Assembly: GCA_017623885.1 (NCBI GenBank)
Contig: JAGAOE010000090.1
Span: forward strand, 1 to 41,248
DNA length: 41,248 bases
From: Eubacterium sp.
Lineage (GTDB): Bacteria; Bacillota; Clostridia; Lachnospirales; Lachnospiraceae
Direction: 5' to 3'
Each line of letters opens with the position of its first letter. Position 1 is the stretch's first letter. Of the stretch, positions 26,780 through 35,275 are shown piece by piece. The notes beneath the pieces were generated by a model that was given only the letters and a program-made list of their open reading frames with translations, was not told the origin of the DNA and did not search any database. The position numbers were made by a program, and so were the translations under genes.

Positions 26780-28399
26780 ATGGGAAACAACAAAAGAAGA
26801 ATCATTGCATTTTTTGCGATGTGTGCAGTGCTTTGTACCGCATTGCCGACGATTGTTTTTGCAGCAGATGCGAGCGAAGCAGCACCGGCTGTATTTGCAA
26901 CTGCGTGGTCTTTACTACCGCCGTTGGTAGCGATTGCATTAGCGTTGATTACAAAAGAAGTATATAGCTCATTATTTGTCGGAATCGTGGTGGGCGCATT
27001 GCTGTATTCGAATTTTCAGTTCGAGGGAGCAGTTTTACATACGTTTAACGGCGGATTGATAGCGGTGCTGACAGATGCCTACAATATGGGTATTATTATA
27101 TTCCTTGTATTGCTTGGCGCGATGGTAGCATTGATGAATAAAGCCGGAGGCTCTGCAGCATTTGGTCGTTGGGCCGGTGAACATATAAAGAGTCGTGTCG
27201 GAGCGCAGCTTGCGACGATTCTGCTCGGTGTGCTGATTTTTATCGATGATTATTTTAACTGTCTGACGGTCGGTAGCGTGATGCGTCCGGTGACGGACAA
27301 GCACAATGTGTCGCGTGCAAAGTTGTCTTATCTGATTGATGCAACGGCGGCTCCGGTCTGCATTATAGCACCCATTTCCTCATGGGCAGCAGCGGTGAGC
27401 GGATTTGTGGAGGGTGAGGACGGATTATCGCTGTTTGTCAGTGCGATTCCGTACAATTTTTACGCGATTTTGACAGTTGTCATGATGGTGACAATGCTTT
27501 TGATGAAAACAGAGTTTGGTCCGATGGCGACACATGAAATAAATGCAGTGAATGGAGATATCTATACGACTCCGGACAGACCGTATGGCAATGTTCAGAC
27601 CGAAACACAGACAGAGTCAAAGGGAAAAGTGATTGATCTGGTGATTCCGATTATCTGCTTAGTAGCGTGCTGTGTGATAGGTATGATTTATACCGGTGGA
27701 TTTTTCTCCGGAGAAAGCTTTGTCACCGCATTCTCAAATTGTGATGCGTCGGTAGGATTGGCGCTCGGCAGCTTTTTTGGCATGGTCATTACCATCGTAT
27801 TGTATTTATGCCGTAGAGTGCTGAAGTTTAAGGAGTGCATGGACTGTCTGGCAGAAGGATTTAAGGCAATGGTGCCGGCGATTATGATTCTTGCATTTGC
27901 ATGGACCTTGAAAGCGATGACAGATTCACTTGGCGCAAAAGAATTTGTGGCAGAGCTGGTGGCTACAAGTGCAGGAAGCTTTATGAATTTCCTTCCGGCA
28001 GTGATTTTCCTGATTGGCTGCTTTTTGGCATTTGCGACAGGTACGAGCTGGGGTACATTTGGTATTTTGATTCCGATTGTTGTAGCGGTATTCCAGGATA
28101 CAAATTACACGTTGATGATTATTTCGATTTCAGCTTGTATGGCAGGTGCGGTATGTGGAGACCATTGTTCACCGATCTCAGATACGACGATTATGGCATC
28201 GGCAGGTGCACAGTGTAATCATGTGAATCATGTTTCAACACAGCTTCCGTACGCAATATTAGTAGCTGCAGTTTCCTTTGCATCTTATATTGTGGCCGGA
28301 TTTGTTCAAAATGCATGGGTTGTGCTTCCGATTGCAATCGTGTTGATGCTGGGTGTAGTATTTATTATGAAAAATGTAGGTGGAAAAACAATTGAATAG
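26780..28399 (+). CDS. Na+/H+ antiporter NhaC-family transporter (likely amino-acid/organic solute permease)
   Basis: WSLLPPLVAI, FIDDYFNCL, DATAAP, ATGTSWGTFGI, GDHCSPISDTTI, HVSTQLPY; N-terminal signal-peptide-like extension. Confidence 0.88.
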   Translation: MGNNKRRIIAFFAMCAVLCTALPTIVFAADASEAAPAVFATAWSLLPPLVAIALALITKEVYSSLFVGIVVGALLYSNFQFEGAVLHTFNGGLIAVLTDAYNMGIIIFLVLLGAMVALMNKAGGSAAFGRWAGEHIKSRVGAQLATILLGVLIFIDDYFNCLTVGSVMRPVTDKHNVSRAKLSYLIDATAAPVCIIAPISSWAAAVSGFVEGEDGLSLFVSAIPYNFYAILTVVMMVTMLLMKTEFGPMATHEINAVNGDIYTTPDRPYGNVQTETQTESKGKVIDLVIPIICLVACCVIGMIYTGGFFSGESFVTAFSNCDASVGLALGSFFGMVITIVLYLCRRVLKFKECMDCLAEGFKAMVPAIMILAFAWTLKAMTDSLGAKEFVAELVATSAGSFMNFLPAVIFLIGCFLAFATGTSWGTFGILIPIVVAVFQDTNYTLMIISISACMAGAVCGDHCSPISDTTIMASAGAQCNHVNHVSTQLPYAILVAAVSFASYIVAGFVQNAWVVLPIAIVLMLGVVFIMKNVGGKTIE

Positions 28400-28409
28400 A
28401 AGGTAAAAC

Positions 28410-28457
28410 AAAAACGCCGAGAAATAACAAATAAATCGTTATTTCTTGGCGCTTTTT
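28410..28457. terminator. Bidirectional terminator between convergent genes
   Basis: AAAAA-CGCCGAGAAATAAC...GTTATTTCTTGGCG-CTTTTT. Confidence 0.8.
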
Positions 28458-28467
28458 AGTTTGTTGG

Positions 28468-29559
28468 TTATAGGATAATAATGCTGGCACAATTGAGATC
28501 GCTGCCAAGCTCATATACTTTTCCGGAAGTAAGTCCAACGACGGTCGGACGCAAAATGTAATGCGGACTGTTCTGGACGACGCGTGCTTTTTCGCCGTTG
28601 CTCAATTCGACAATCGTATCGACCGGATAGAGAATCATACTTTGCAAAAAGCTCTCCATCGCGTATAAATCCAGCTCCTGTGTCATTGACATAATCATTT
28701 CCACTGCTTCACGCTGGGAGAATGCTGATTTGTAAGGTCTTTCTGTAACGAGCGCATCATAGATATCTGCAACAGCGAGTACCTTTGCATAGGGATTGAT
28801 TTTATTGCCGGGAACAGACATGGGGTAGCCCTTGCCGTCGATTTTTTCATGGTGCTGCAATACACCCAGCTTAATATCATCGGACAGCTCCGTATTATTT
28901 TGAATAATGCGGTATCCATATACAGAGTGCTGCTGCATGATTTGAAATTCATCGTCGTTTAAGCGTCCCGGTTTGTTCAAAATGTGATTCGGAATTTTGG
29001 TCTTTCCGACGTCGTGGAGCAGACCGGTGATACCGATTTCGTGAATTTCTTCTTCCGTCATTCCCATTTTTTTTGCTACAATCATGGAGATTGTCGCGAC
29101 ATCCACGCTGTGCTTGAAGGTATATTCATCGCTGGTCTTCAAGGCACTGATGTCGATTGCCATCGCATCGTTTTCCTGAATGGCTGAGAGCAGACTGTCT
29201 GCAATACTGCTGGTGGTTTCGACAAGCGCAGGGTCATCCGGATTGTTATAGACGAACTGTATTCCTTCTGCGACACGTTTTCGAACACTGGCAGAGAGAT
29301 TGACTTTCGCGCGATCCTCGGTACGCAGTCTCTCTATATTTTTTTGAGCGGCGGGTGATACCGGTTCATCGTCCGAATCATCGGTGCCCTCCTGTATGTA
29401 AACACTCATAATGCCCATGCGAATCATGGCTTCGATAATGTAATCATCCAATGTGGCACCGCGTGCGATGAGAATCCGTCCCAAACGGTCAACAACCGGA
29501 TGATCTACGCGCATACCGGGCTTTAATTGCCGGGTGCGCATGAATTTTCTATGAATCAA
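28468..29559 (-). CDS. HD-GYP domain cyclic-dinucleotide phosphodiesterase
   Basis: YTFKHSVDVA, GLLHDVGK, HHEKIDGKGYP, VADIYDAL..RPYK; TTG start after AGGAGG. Confidence 0.92.
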   Translation of the reverse strand: MIHRKFMRTRQLKPGMRVDHPVVDRLGRILIARGATLDDYIIEAMIRMGIMSVYIQEGTDDSDDEPVSPAAQKNIERLRTEDRAKVNLSASVRKRVAEGIQFVYNNPDDPALVETTSSIADSLLSAIQENDAMAIDISALKTSDEYTFKHSVDVATISMIVAKKMGMTEEEIHEIGITGLLHDVGKTKIPNHILNKPGRLNDDEFQIMQQHSVYGYRIIQNNTELSDDIKLGVLQHHEKIDGKGYPMSVPGNKINPYAKVLAVADIYDALVTERPYKSAFSQREAVEMIMSMTQELDLYAMESFLQSMILYPVDTIVELSNGEKARVVQNSPHYILRPTVVGLTSGKVYELGSDLNCASIIIL

Positions 29560-29701
29560 GCGGAATTCCTCCTAAACAAAAATAAAACGCATCGTAACCA
29601 GAACGATACAAAATAATTACAAATAGTATAGCATAGCGAAATGGGTCGGGCAAGATTTTATAAATGATTTGTTTTTTTTAGAAAACTTTTAGAAAGTATT
29701 C

Positions 29702-29731
29702 ACATAGAGTACACATTTTCTGGTTATATTA
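29702..29731 (+). promoter_or_regulatory. Candidate sporulation-sigma (SigF/SigE-like) promoter
   Basis: ACATA-15 bp-GGTTATATTA versus the B. subtilis SigF consensus GYATA-N15-GGnnAnAHTR. Confidence 0.4.
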
Positions 29732-29736
29732 TATAC

Positions 29737-29834
29737 ATCAGCAGAGATGCTGAACAAACAATTCCCTATATAGATGTAACATTTTCATAACTAAACTCCT
29801 CGAAAAAGCGGCCGCGTAAGCGAGCCGCTTTTTC
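29737..29834 (+). ncRNA. Candidate ~100-nt small RNA with an anti-RBS seed
   Basis: 5' hairpin TCAGCA-GAGA-TGCTGA; unstructured middle containing TTTTCAT-AACTAAA-CTCCTC; strong terminator GAAAAAGCGGC...GCCGCTTTTTC; no gene ends at this terminator. Confidence 0.55.
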
Positions 29835-29835
29835 A

Positions 29836-29875
29836 TTTCATAGGAAATTCCGTTGGAACTTTCTGCTATATGAAA
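29836..29875 (+). repeat. Degenerate short relative of the 58-bp element
   Basis: TTTCATAGGAAA...TATATGAAA directly after the terminator T-tract. Confidence 0.5.
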
Positions 29876-29958
29876 CGATGAAAAGTAGGACAAACCTTGT
29901 TGCCACAAGAAACGAGAACATGTATACTGAAATGAGAATACAAAGTAGGTGATTACTT

Positions 29959-30813
29959 ATGCAAAGAATAGATTTGGAGACGTCCTGTGGGCGTGTGTGC
30001 GTGTATAAAAAGGGAATTGGAGCGAAAAAAATTGTACTTTTACATGGCGCCGGATGTGACAGCGCCCTGCTGAGCTGGCAGGAGGTGATGGAGCGTCTGC
30101 ATTATGATGACTATACGGTATATGCACCGGATTTGCCGGGATATGGAAACAGCGACTATCCGGAACAGATTTCAGGAGCTGAGTTTTATCAGACGCATGC
30201 GAACGTATTGCAAGAAATATGTGATGCCCTTGAATTACAGGATATGATCCTGACCGGTTTGTCGATGGGGGCTGCGATAGCAGTTCGGTTTACACTGGAT
30301 CATCCGGACCGTGTAGAGCACCTTGTGTTGATTGACCCTTGGGGCGTGACGGAGCGACTTCCGTTCCAGCGGCTTTGTGCCCGGTATGTGAAAAAAGAGA
30401 AGCGTATGCAAAAATGGTATGAACGGATGGCGAATTCAAGGCTGTTGGCACGATGGATGATTGCATATGAGCTCATCGGTGACCGTAAGAAAATCACGCC
30501 GGAACTAATCACAGAAGTTCAGCAGGCGTGCGCTACAGAAATGGCAGGAAAGAGCATGCGGGACTATCAGGTAAGTTCACTGCTGAAAAAAGGATGTGTA
30601 CCGTACTATAAAAAAGAAGATTGGGAAAGACTTCCGATGCAGGTGATTTTTATTCAAGGAGAAAAAGATCCGCTCGTGGCAGCAAAGGATGTGAGAGCAG
30701 CATCAGAGCTGGTATCGTTTGGACGTTATATCGAATGGGAGGGGGCAAAACATTGGTCGGTGCGTGAATATGCAGCGGAATTAGTTGGACTATTTGCAGA
30801 AATTGTCAGTTGA
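29959..30813 (+). CDS. Alpha/beta fold hydrolase
   Basis: LLHGAG, APDLPGYG, GLSMG nucleophile elbow, QGEKDPLV, catalytic His in GAKHW. Confidence 0.9.
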   Translation: MQRIDLETSCGRVCVYKKGIGAKKIVLLHGAGCDSALLSWQEVMERLHYDDYTVYAPDLPGYGNSDYPEQISGAEFYQTHANVLQEICDALELQDMILTGLSMGAAIAVRFTLDHPDRVEHLVLIDPWGVTERLPFQRLCARYVKKEKRMQKWYERMANSRLLARWMIAYELIGDRKKITPELITEVQQACATEMAGKSMRDYQVSSLLKKGCVPYYKKEDWERLPMQVIFIQGEKDPLVAAKDVRAASELVSFGRYIEWEGAKHWSVREYAAELVGLFAEIVS

Positions 30814-30838
30814 CAGTGATAGGGTATCATGCTATTAT
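30810..30838 (+). promoter_or_regulatory. Sigma-A promoter of the FMN riboswitch operon
   Basis: TTGACA-17 bp-TATTAT with extended TG; the -35 overlaps the upstream stop codon. Confidence 0.8.
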
Positions 30839-30857
30839 CATAGCGAACAGAATCGAA

Positions 30858-31008
30858 TAAATTCTTCGGGGCAGGGTGCAATTCCCTACCGGCGGTAAAG
30901 TCCGCGAGCCAAGCAGTGCGCTGTGAGGCATGAATCGGTGACTGAGCGAGAGATGATTTCGTTTGGAATTCCGATACCGACAGTAAAGTCTGGATGAGAG
31001 AAGAAATT
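30858..31008 (+). ncRNA. FMN riboswitch (RFN element)
   Basis: TTCGGGGCAGGGTGCAATTCCCTACCGGCGGTAAAGTCCGCGA...CCGACAGTAAAGTCTGGATGAGAGAAG conserved blocks. Confidence 0.95.
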
Positions 31009-31099
31009 CATAGATGTGATACAAATAATGCAGATGATGTTGCAGGATAGATTTTTTGCAAAGCTTGTATTATTTGGAATGGTTACATAAAACGAATGG

Positions 31100-31136
31100 A
31101 AATCTCAGACCCCGTGTTGGTGTTTGAGATTTTTTT
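31100..31136 (+). terminator. Expression-platform terminator of the FMN riboswitch
   Basis: AAATCTCAGAC...GTTTGAGATTT plus T run between aptamer and ribU. Confidence 0.75.
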
Positions 31137-31203
31137 ATTTCATAAAAAGAGGAATTTAGGACTTCTGCTCACATATTACAACTAATTTAAGGAGGTTCTG
31201 AAA

Positions 31204-31827
31204 ATGAACGAACAAAAAAAAGTGTGGAGCACACAAACGATGATTACGACAGCGATGCTGGCTGCAGTGGCAGGCGTATTGATGTCACTGGAGATTGCGA
31301 TTCCGATGATGCCGCCGTTTTATAAGGTGGATTTCTCGGATGTACCGTCTATCATTGCCCTGTTTTTGCTGGGACCTATCCCTGCGACTTGTGTGGAAGT
31401 GATTAAGATATTGATTAAGCTGGCAACGATCGGTACGAGCAGTATGTATGTAGGAGATTTGGCAAACCTGATTGCAATCGTTATGTTTGTATTGCCGGTA
31501 TGGCTGATTTACAAGAAAATGGGCAAGACCAGAAAAGCTGCTTTGATTGCAATGGTAGCAAGTTTGCCGATTCGAATTGCGTTCTCATGTTTTTGTAATG
31601 CATGTATTACATTGCCGTTGTATGCAAAGGCAATGGAAATGCCCTTAGACGGTGTGATTCAGATTGTAGCATCTGTAAATCCTGCGATTCATGATTTGAC
31701 GACATTTATTGTATTAGCTACGATTCCGTTTAACTTATTAAAAATGGGCTTGAACTATGTGGTTGGCTATATCTTGTTTGAAAGACTGTGCAAAATCAGC
31801 TTTGTAAAACAGGAGCTGATGTCATGA
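31204..31827 (+). CDS. ribU: ECF transporter S component, RibU-like (riboflavin)
   Basis: PPFYKVDFSDVP, VEVIKIL, VGDLAN, IPFNLLK motifs; under an FMN riboswitch. Confidence 0.85.
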   Translation: MNEQKKVWSTQTMITTAMLAAVAGVLMSLEIAIPMMPPFYKVDFSDVPSIIALFLLGPIPATCVEVIKILIKLATIGTSSMYVGDLANLIAIVMFVLPVWLIYKKMGKTRKAALIAMVASLPIRIAFSCFCNACITLPLYAKAMEMPLDGVIQIVASVNPAIHDLTTFIVLATIPFNLLKMGLNYVVGYILFERLCKISFVKQELMS

Positions 31828-32627
31828 TTCGTAATTACAGAGAATTGACCAGACTGGAAATGGAAGCAGTCGATAAAAAAGAAACCATCGTATTGATTCC
31901 GGTCGGAGCGCTGGAACAGCACGGAAATCAGGCGCCGCTCGGAACGGATGATATGATTGCAGAGGCAATGTGCGAATATCTGACAGAGGCGCTGATCGAA
32001 GCAGGGGAGAGCGACTTTCCGATGCTGATATTTCCGGTGATTCCGGTCGGACTCAGCACAGAACACAAGAATTTTTGCGGTTCCGTGACACTGCGGCCGG
32101 ATACATATTATCATTTGCTTTATGATATTGCAGTAAGTCTGGCGCATCATGGTTTTGAAAAATTGGCATTTCTGGTTTGTCATGGGGGGAATGCGCCGAT
32201 TGTACAGGTGCTGAGCAGGGAGCTGCGCAGTGAACTGGGAATCGCACCGTTTATTTTATCATCCGGAGCATTTTCGCACCCGGATGTAAAGGCGACGATT
32301 TCAGAAGGAAATATATGGGATTTTCATGGCGGAGAGATGGAGACATCGATGGTAATGGCGATAGATGAGCGTCTGGTAAAGCTGGAGACGAGCGAAGCCG
32401 GTATCCCGCAGGCGTTTGCGGGGAATCAGGCATTATTGCCTTACGGAAATGTGTCCATTGGCTGGGTGTCAGAGGACTGGAAGACGGTGGACGGAAAACC
32501 GATCGGAATAGGCGGTGACCCTTCCGGTGCGACAGCCGAAAAAGGACGTATTATATTACGGACGAGTGCGCGTGTGCTCGTGCCGGGATTAATCGAAATC
32601 AAAAATTGGAAGAATCGTGAAAAATAA
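31824..32627 (+). CDS. Creatininase/ArfB/MftE-family metallo-amidohydrolase
   Basis: PVGALEQHG..PLGTD, GLSTEH, CHGGN, HGGEMETS, GDPSGATAEKG; ATG 31824 overlaps the ribU stop (ATGA) with an AGGAG RBS. Confidence 0.88.
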   Translation: MIRNYRELTRLEMEAVDKKETIVLIPVGALEQHGNQAPLGTDDMIAEAMCEYLTEALIEAGESDFPMLIFPVIPVGLSTEHKNFCGSVTLRPDTYYHLLYDIAVSLAHHGFEKLAFLVCHGGNAPIVQVLSRELRSELGIAPFILSSGAFSHPDVKATISEGNIWDFHGGEMETSMVMAIDERLVKLETSEAGIPQAFAGNQALLPYGNVSIGWVSEDWKTVDGKPIGIGGDPSGATAEKGRIILRTSARVLVPGLIEIKNWKNREK

Positions 32628-32658
32628 AAAAAAAATGTAGAGTGAAAAAGAATGCTTG

Positions 32659-32707
32659 AAAAAGGCTGGTGCAATACAGATGATGTATCTGTTGCATCAG
32701 CCTTTTT
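32659..32707. terminator. Bidirectional terminator
   Basis: AAAAAGGCTGGTGCAA...TTGCATCAGCCTTTTT between convergent genes. Confidence 0.85.
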
Positions 32708-32737
32708 GTATAGGATAACGAAATATATTTTATGTAA

Positions 32738-34978
32738 TTACATCTGATAGAAACGCAGATTATCTACGAGCTCAGGCGTAATCTTACCGCCGGCGGCTTC
32801 GTATTTGTTATAAAGAGCCTGTAAACGGGAAGTTTTCTTTTTGTTTTCGCCGTCCAGCTTGTTAAAGGCATTCTGATATAACGGATTTGAGGCAAGTGAT
32901 TCTCGTATTTCCTTACAGAACGGACAGTAACGTAATAAAATATCGCGAGATACTTTATTTAATCGGAAGCTGCCCTGCGATTCGTATTTAATCCAGTTTA
33001 TATAGTCTAAAACAAATACTTCGCGGAAATTGTTTCGTGCATGTGAAATAGCATTTTTGAGCTTTTCACGTGCTTCCGGTGACAAATCTCTGTTTTTGCG
33101 ATAGAACTGCAAATAATCATAAAACTCAGATGTGAGCGATTTTACACGGAAATCGTTCCAGTATACACCTTCTACGCGGCGACAGATTTCCCAACGATAA
33201 CGTCCCATAGTGACTAACATCTGCTCATCCAAATCCGAATTGATAAATATCGGGAAGATGAAACGTGCAGGGCTGTCGGTGCGGGCACTGCTGGTCTCCT
33301 GCCACATCGCAGAACGGGAACCGACGCCCGGCATGAGAATGATATCCGGCATGACTTCCTTCATGAGCTGTTCCTGCATAATGCCATGTTCGGGATCAGA
33401 GAACATGACTTCACGATACAGAATCGAGTAATCCAGGCTACGAATATTATTAATCGCCTGTTCCAATCGTGCAGTCGTAACTGCCATTTTTTCAAATGAG
33501 GTCATGACATCGTCGGCACATAAAATCGGGAAGAATGAGGATAATCTGCCGGAAATTGTCTTATGTGCGGACTGAAACAGGTTGAAAATCTCAAAGCGAA
33601 CTTTTGCGTCTTGATCTTGCTTCAGGTTTGAAAATTGACGTTCTGTGATATCGCCCTGTCTGAGCTGTTCCTGCAAATAACCGTTGTAATCCAAGTCAAA
33701 CTCGTTTTTCGAAGGTTCTTTTGCACCTTCATAAATCCGTCGCAGCCATTCATATATCGTATAGATATGCGTGTGATTAAACAGACTCAGAGACTCTGTA
33801 AAACGTACGAGTGCGTTGGTCTGTTCTTCGCCGAGCAAGCCGACATCCATAAAACCGAAGTTTAAAAACATTTGTAAAACAGGTGTCAGACGTTCGCTGG
33901 GAGACATTGACTTGAAAAAGGCAGCAGCGTAAATTTCGTAAAACTGCTTGATAATCGTTTTTCGAATCGTGCGTGTTTCCTTGTCCTGTGCAAATTGATC
34001 CGGCAAATCTTTAAAGCTTTGCAGTAACTGTTTAAAGTTGCGGATGGATTCTTTATCGTAATCGGCAAATGACATAATATGTGAGACGCAGTCCATCGTC
34101 ACGATATCAGGCAATGAATGAGAAGTCGGTGAACCCTGATAGTTCACGCATGCCTGCGCACATTCATCGATTTGCATCGAATCATAGATTCCGATTTTTT
34201 TCATGACCAGACAGATGTTTTTCATCGCATTCTGACAAACGGAAGTGTCCTGACTGGAATTAGCCAATTGTCCTGCCAGATAGTAATACAGATGGAACAA
34301 ATCATCTTCGGTGTCATTCCACAGTACGTCGCGGTTGCACATCAGATAGTCTGCGATTTCTTCGATTCCCTGCGCGGTACGATGCATCTGTGCAGCGCAT
34401 TCCATGATCGCACCGACACATAAATCATCGTTTTTGACCATGAGCTGTAAATATTCGCGCTGGAATTGCTGCATCAGCGTATTACTGTTGTTGATTTCCC
34501 AGTTTTCTACCTTGTGCTGCATGCTAATCGCTTCAAAGCGTGCGATACGATAAAAGCTGCGCTCAGAAACGAGCATTTGCTGACAAATGGCTTTGTATTC
34601 ATTGTAACTGTTTTGTGCGGTCGCATGCAGCAGCGTTGCTTTCTGCTTGAGAACGCTATAGAGACAGAGCGCCTGATGCCGTTGCTCTAATGCAGTTTTT
34701 AAAAAAATCGGACGGAAATTTGCCTGGCTTTTCAGCAGCGCATGTAAATCATCTGCATTTTTGCACGGGATGACGATGAGCGTCGTATCCTCCTTTGCAA
34801 TATAGTCACAGGAAAACCATCCTTCTTCTAAAATACCGATGATGGAATTTACGCCAAGTGTCAGCTCGGCAAAATTGTAATGACGTGTCACAGAGCCGAT
34901 CTGTATCAAGTACCATTCCATAATTTTGTCCTGACGTTTGGCGACTAAATCACCTTTTCGTACATTTATAACATTCAT
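32738..34978 (-). CDS. Large protein with an N-terminal cyclic-nucleotide-binding-like domain and an uncharacterised helical C-terminal region
   Basis: N-terminus matches the cNMP beta-roll pattern (KGDLVAK...WYLIQIGSV...LGVNSIIG...YIAKEDTTLIVIP); AGGGAG RBS; 746-aa uninterrupted ORF. Confidence 0.75.
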   Translation of the reverse strand: MNVINVRKGDLVAKRQDKIMEWYLIQIGSVTRHYNFAELTLGVNSIIGILEEGWFSCDYIAKEDTTLIVIPCKNADDLHALLKSQANFRPIFLKTALEQRHQALCLYSVLKQKATLLHATAQNSYNEYKAICQQMLVSERSFYRIARFEAISMQHKVENWEINNSNTLMQQFQREYLQLMVKNDDLCVGAIMECAAQMHRTAQGIEEIADYLMCNRDVLWNDTEDDLFHLYYYLAGQLANSSQDTSVCQNAMKNICLVMKKIGIYDSMQIDECAQACVNYQGSPTSHSLPDIVTMDCVSHIMSFADYDKESIRNFKQLLQSFKDLPDQFAQDKETRTIRKTIIKQFYEIYAAAFFKSMSPSERLTPVLQMFLNFGFMDVGLLGEEQTNALVRFTESLSLFNHTHIYTIYEWLRRIYEGAKEPSKNEFDLDYNGYLQEQLRQGDITERQFSNLKQDQDAKVRFEIFNLFQSAHKTISGRLSSFFPILCADDVMTSFEKMAVTTARLEQAINNIRSLDYSILYREVMFSDPEHGIMQEQLMKEVMPDIILMPGVGSRSAMWQETSSARTDSPARFIFPIFINSDLDEQMLVTMGRYRWEICRRVEGVYWNDFRVKSLTSEFYDYLQFYRKNRDLSPEAREKLKNAISHARNNFREVFVLDYINWIKYESQGSFRLNKVSRDILLRYCPFCKEIRESLASNPLYQNAFNKLDGENKKKTSRLQALYNKYEAAGGKITPELVDNLRFYQM

Positions 34979-35006
34979 GCGTGTATCTCCCTCTATATGT
35001 ATGTAA

Positions 35007-35166
35007 GAACAAAAGTGTGCTTCGCACAGTTTACGTCTCCAAGTTCCTGACGCAGCACAGCTTTTGTTCCGCGCGCGTTAGCTGCGCATCTGTGCACGAA
35101 GTGCTTTGTTTCATAGGAAAGCTTGTTACTTTCACACATCAATGCAACACGGTCTTTCCTATGAAA
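35007..35166 (-). repeat. 58-bp palindromic element, copy B (35109-35166, minus strand), plus structured tail (35007-35108)
   Basis: Reverse complement is 51/58 identical to copy A by manual alignment; tail shares GAT, GCGGAA-x-A-x-AAG and terminal TTTGTTC with tail A. Confidence 0.88.
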
Positions 35167-35275
35167 CAGAAAATACCAATATAAATCTAGTATATAAAAA
35201 AAACGGGTTTTCGTCAATGAATGTGCATGTAAAACGTGTGTTGCAACGGCGATGGAGCTGTATTAAAATGGATAT

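Noticed and set aside
29560-29700. c-di-GMP riboswitch upstream of the HD-GYP gene
   Set aside because: No GEMM-type motif; only a TTGCCC-17 bp-TATACT promoter on the minus strand
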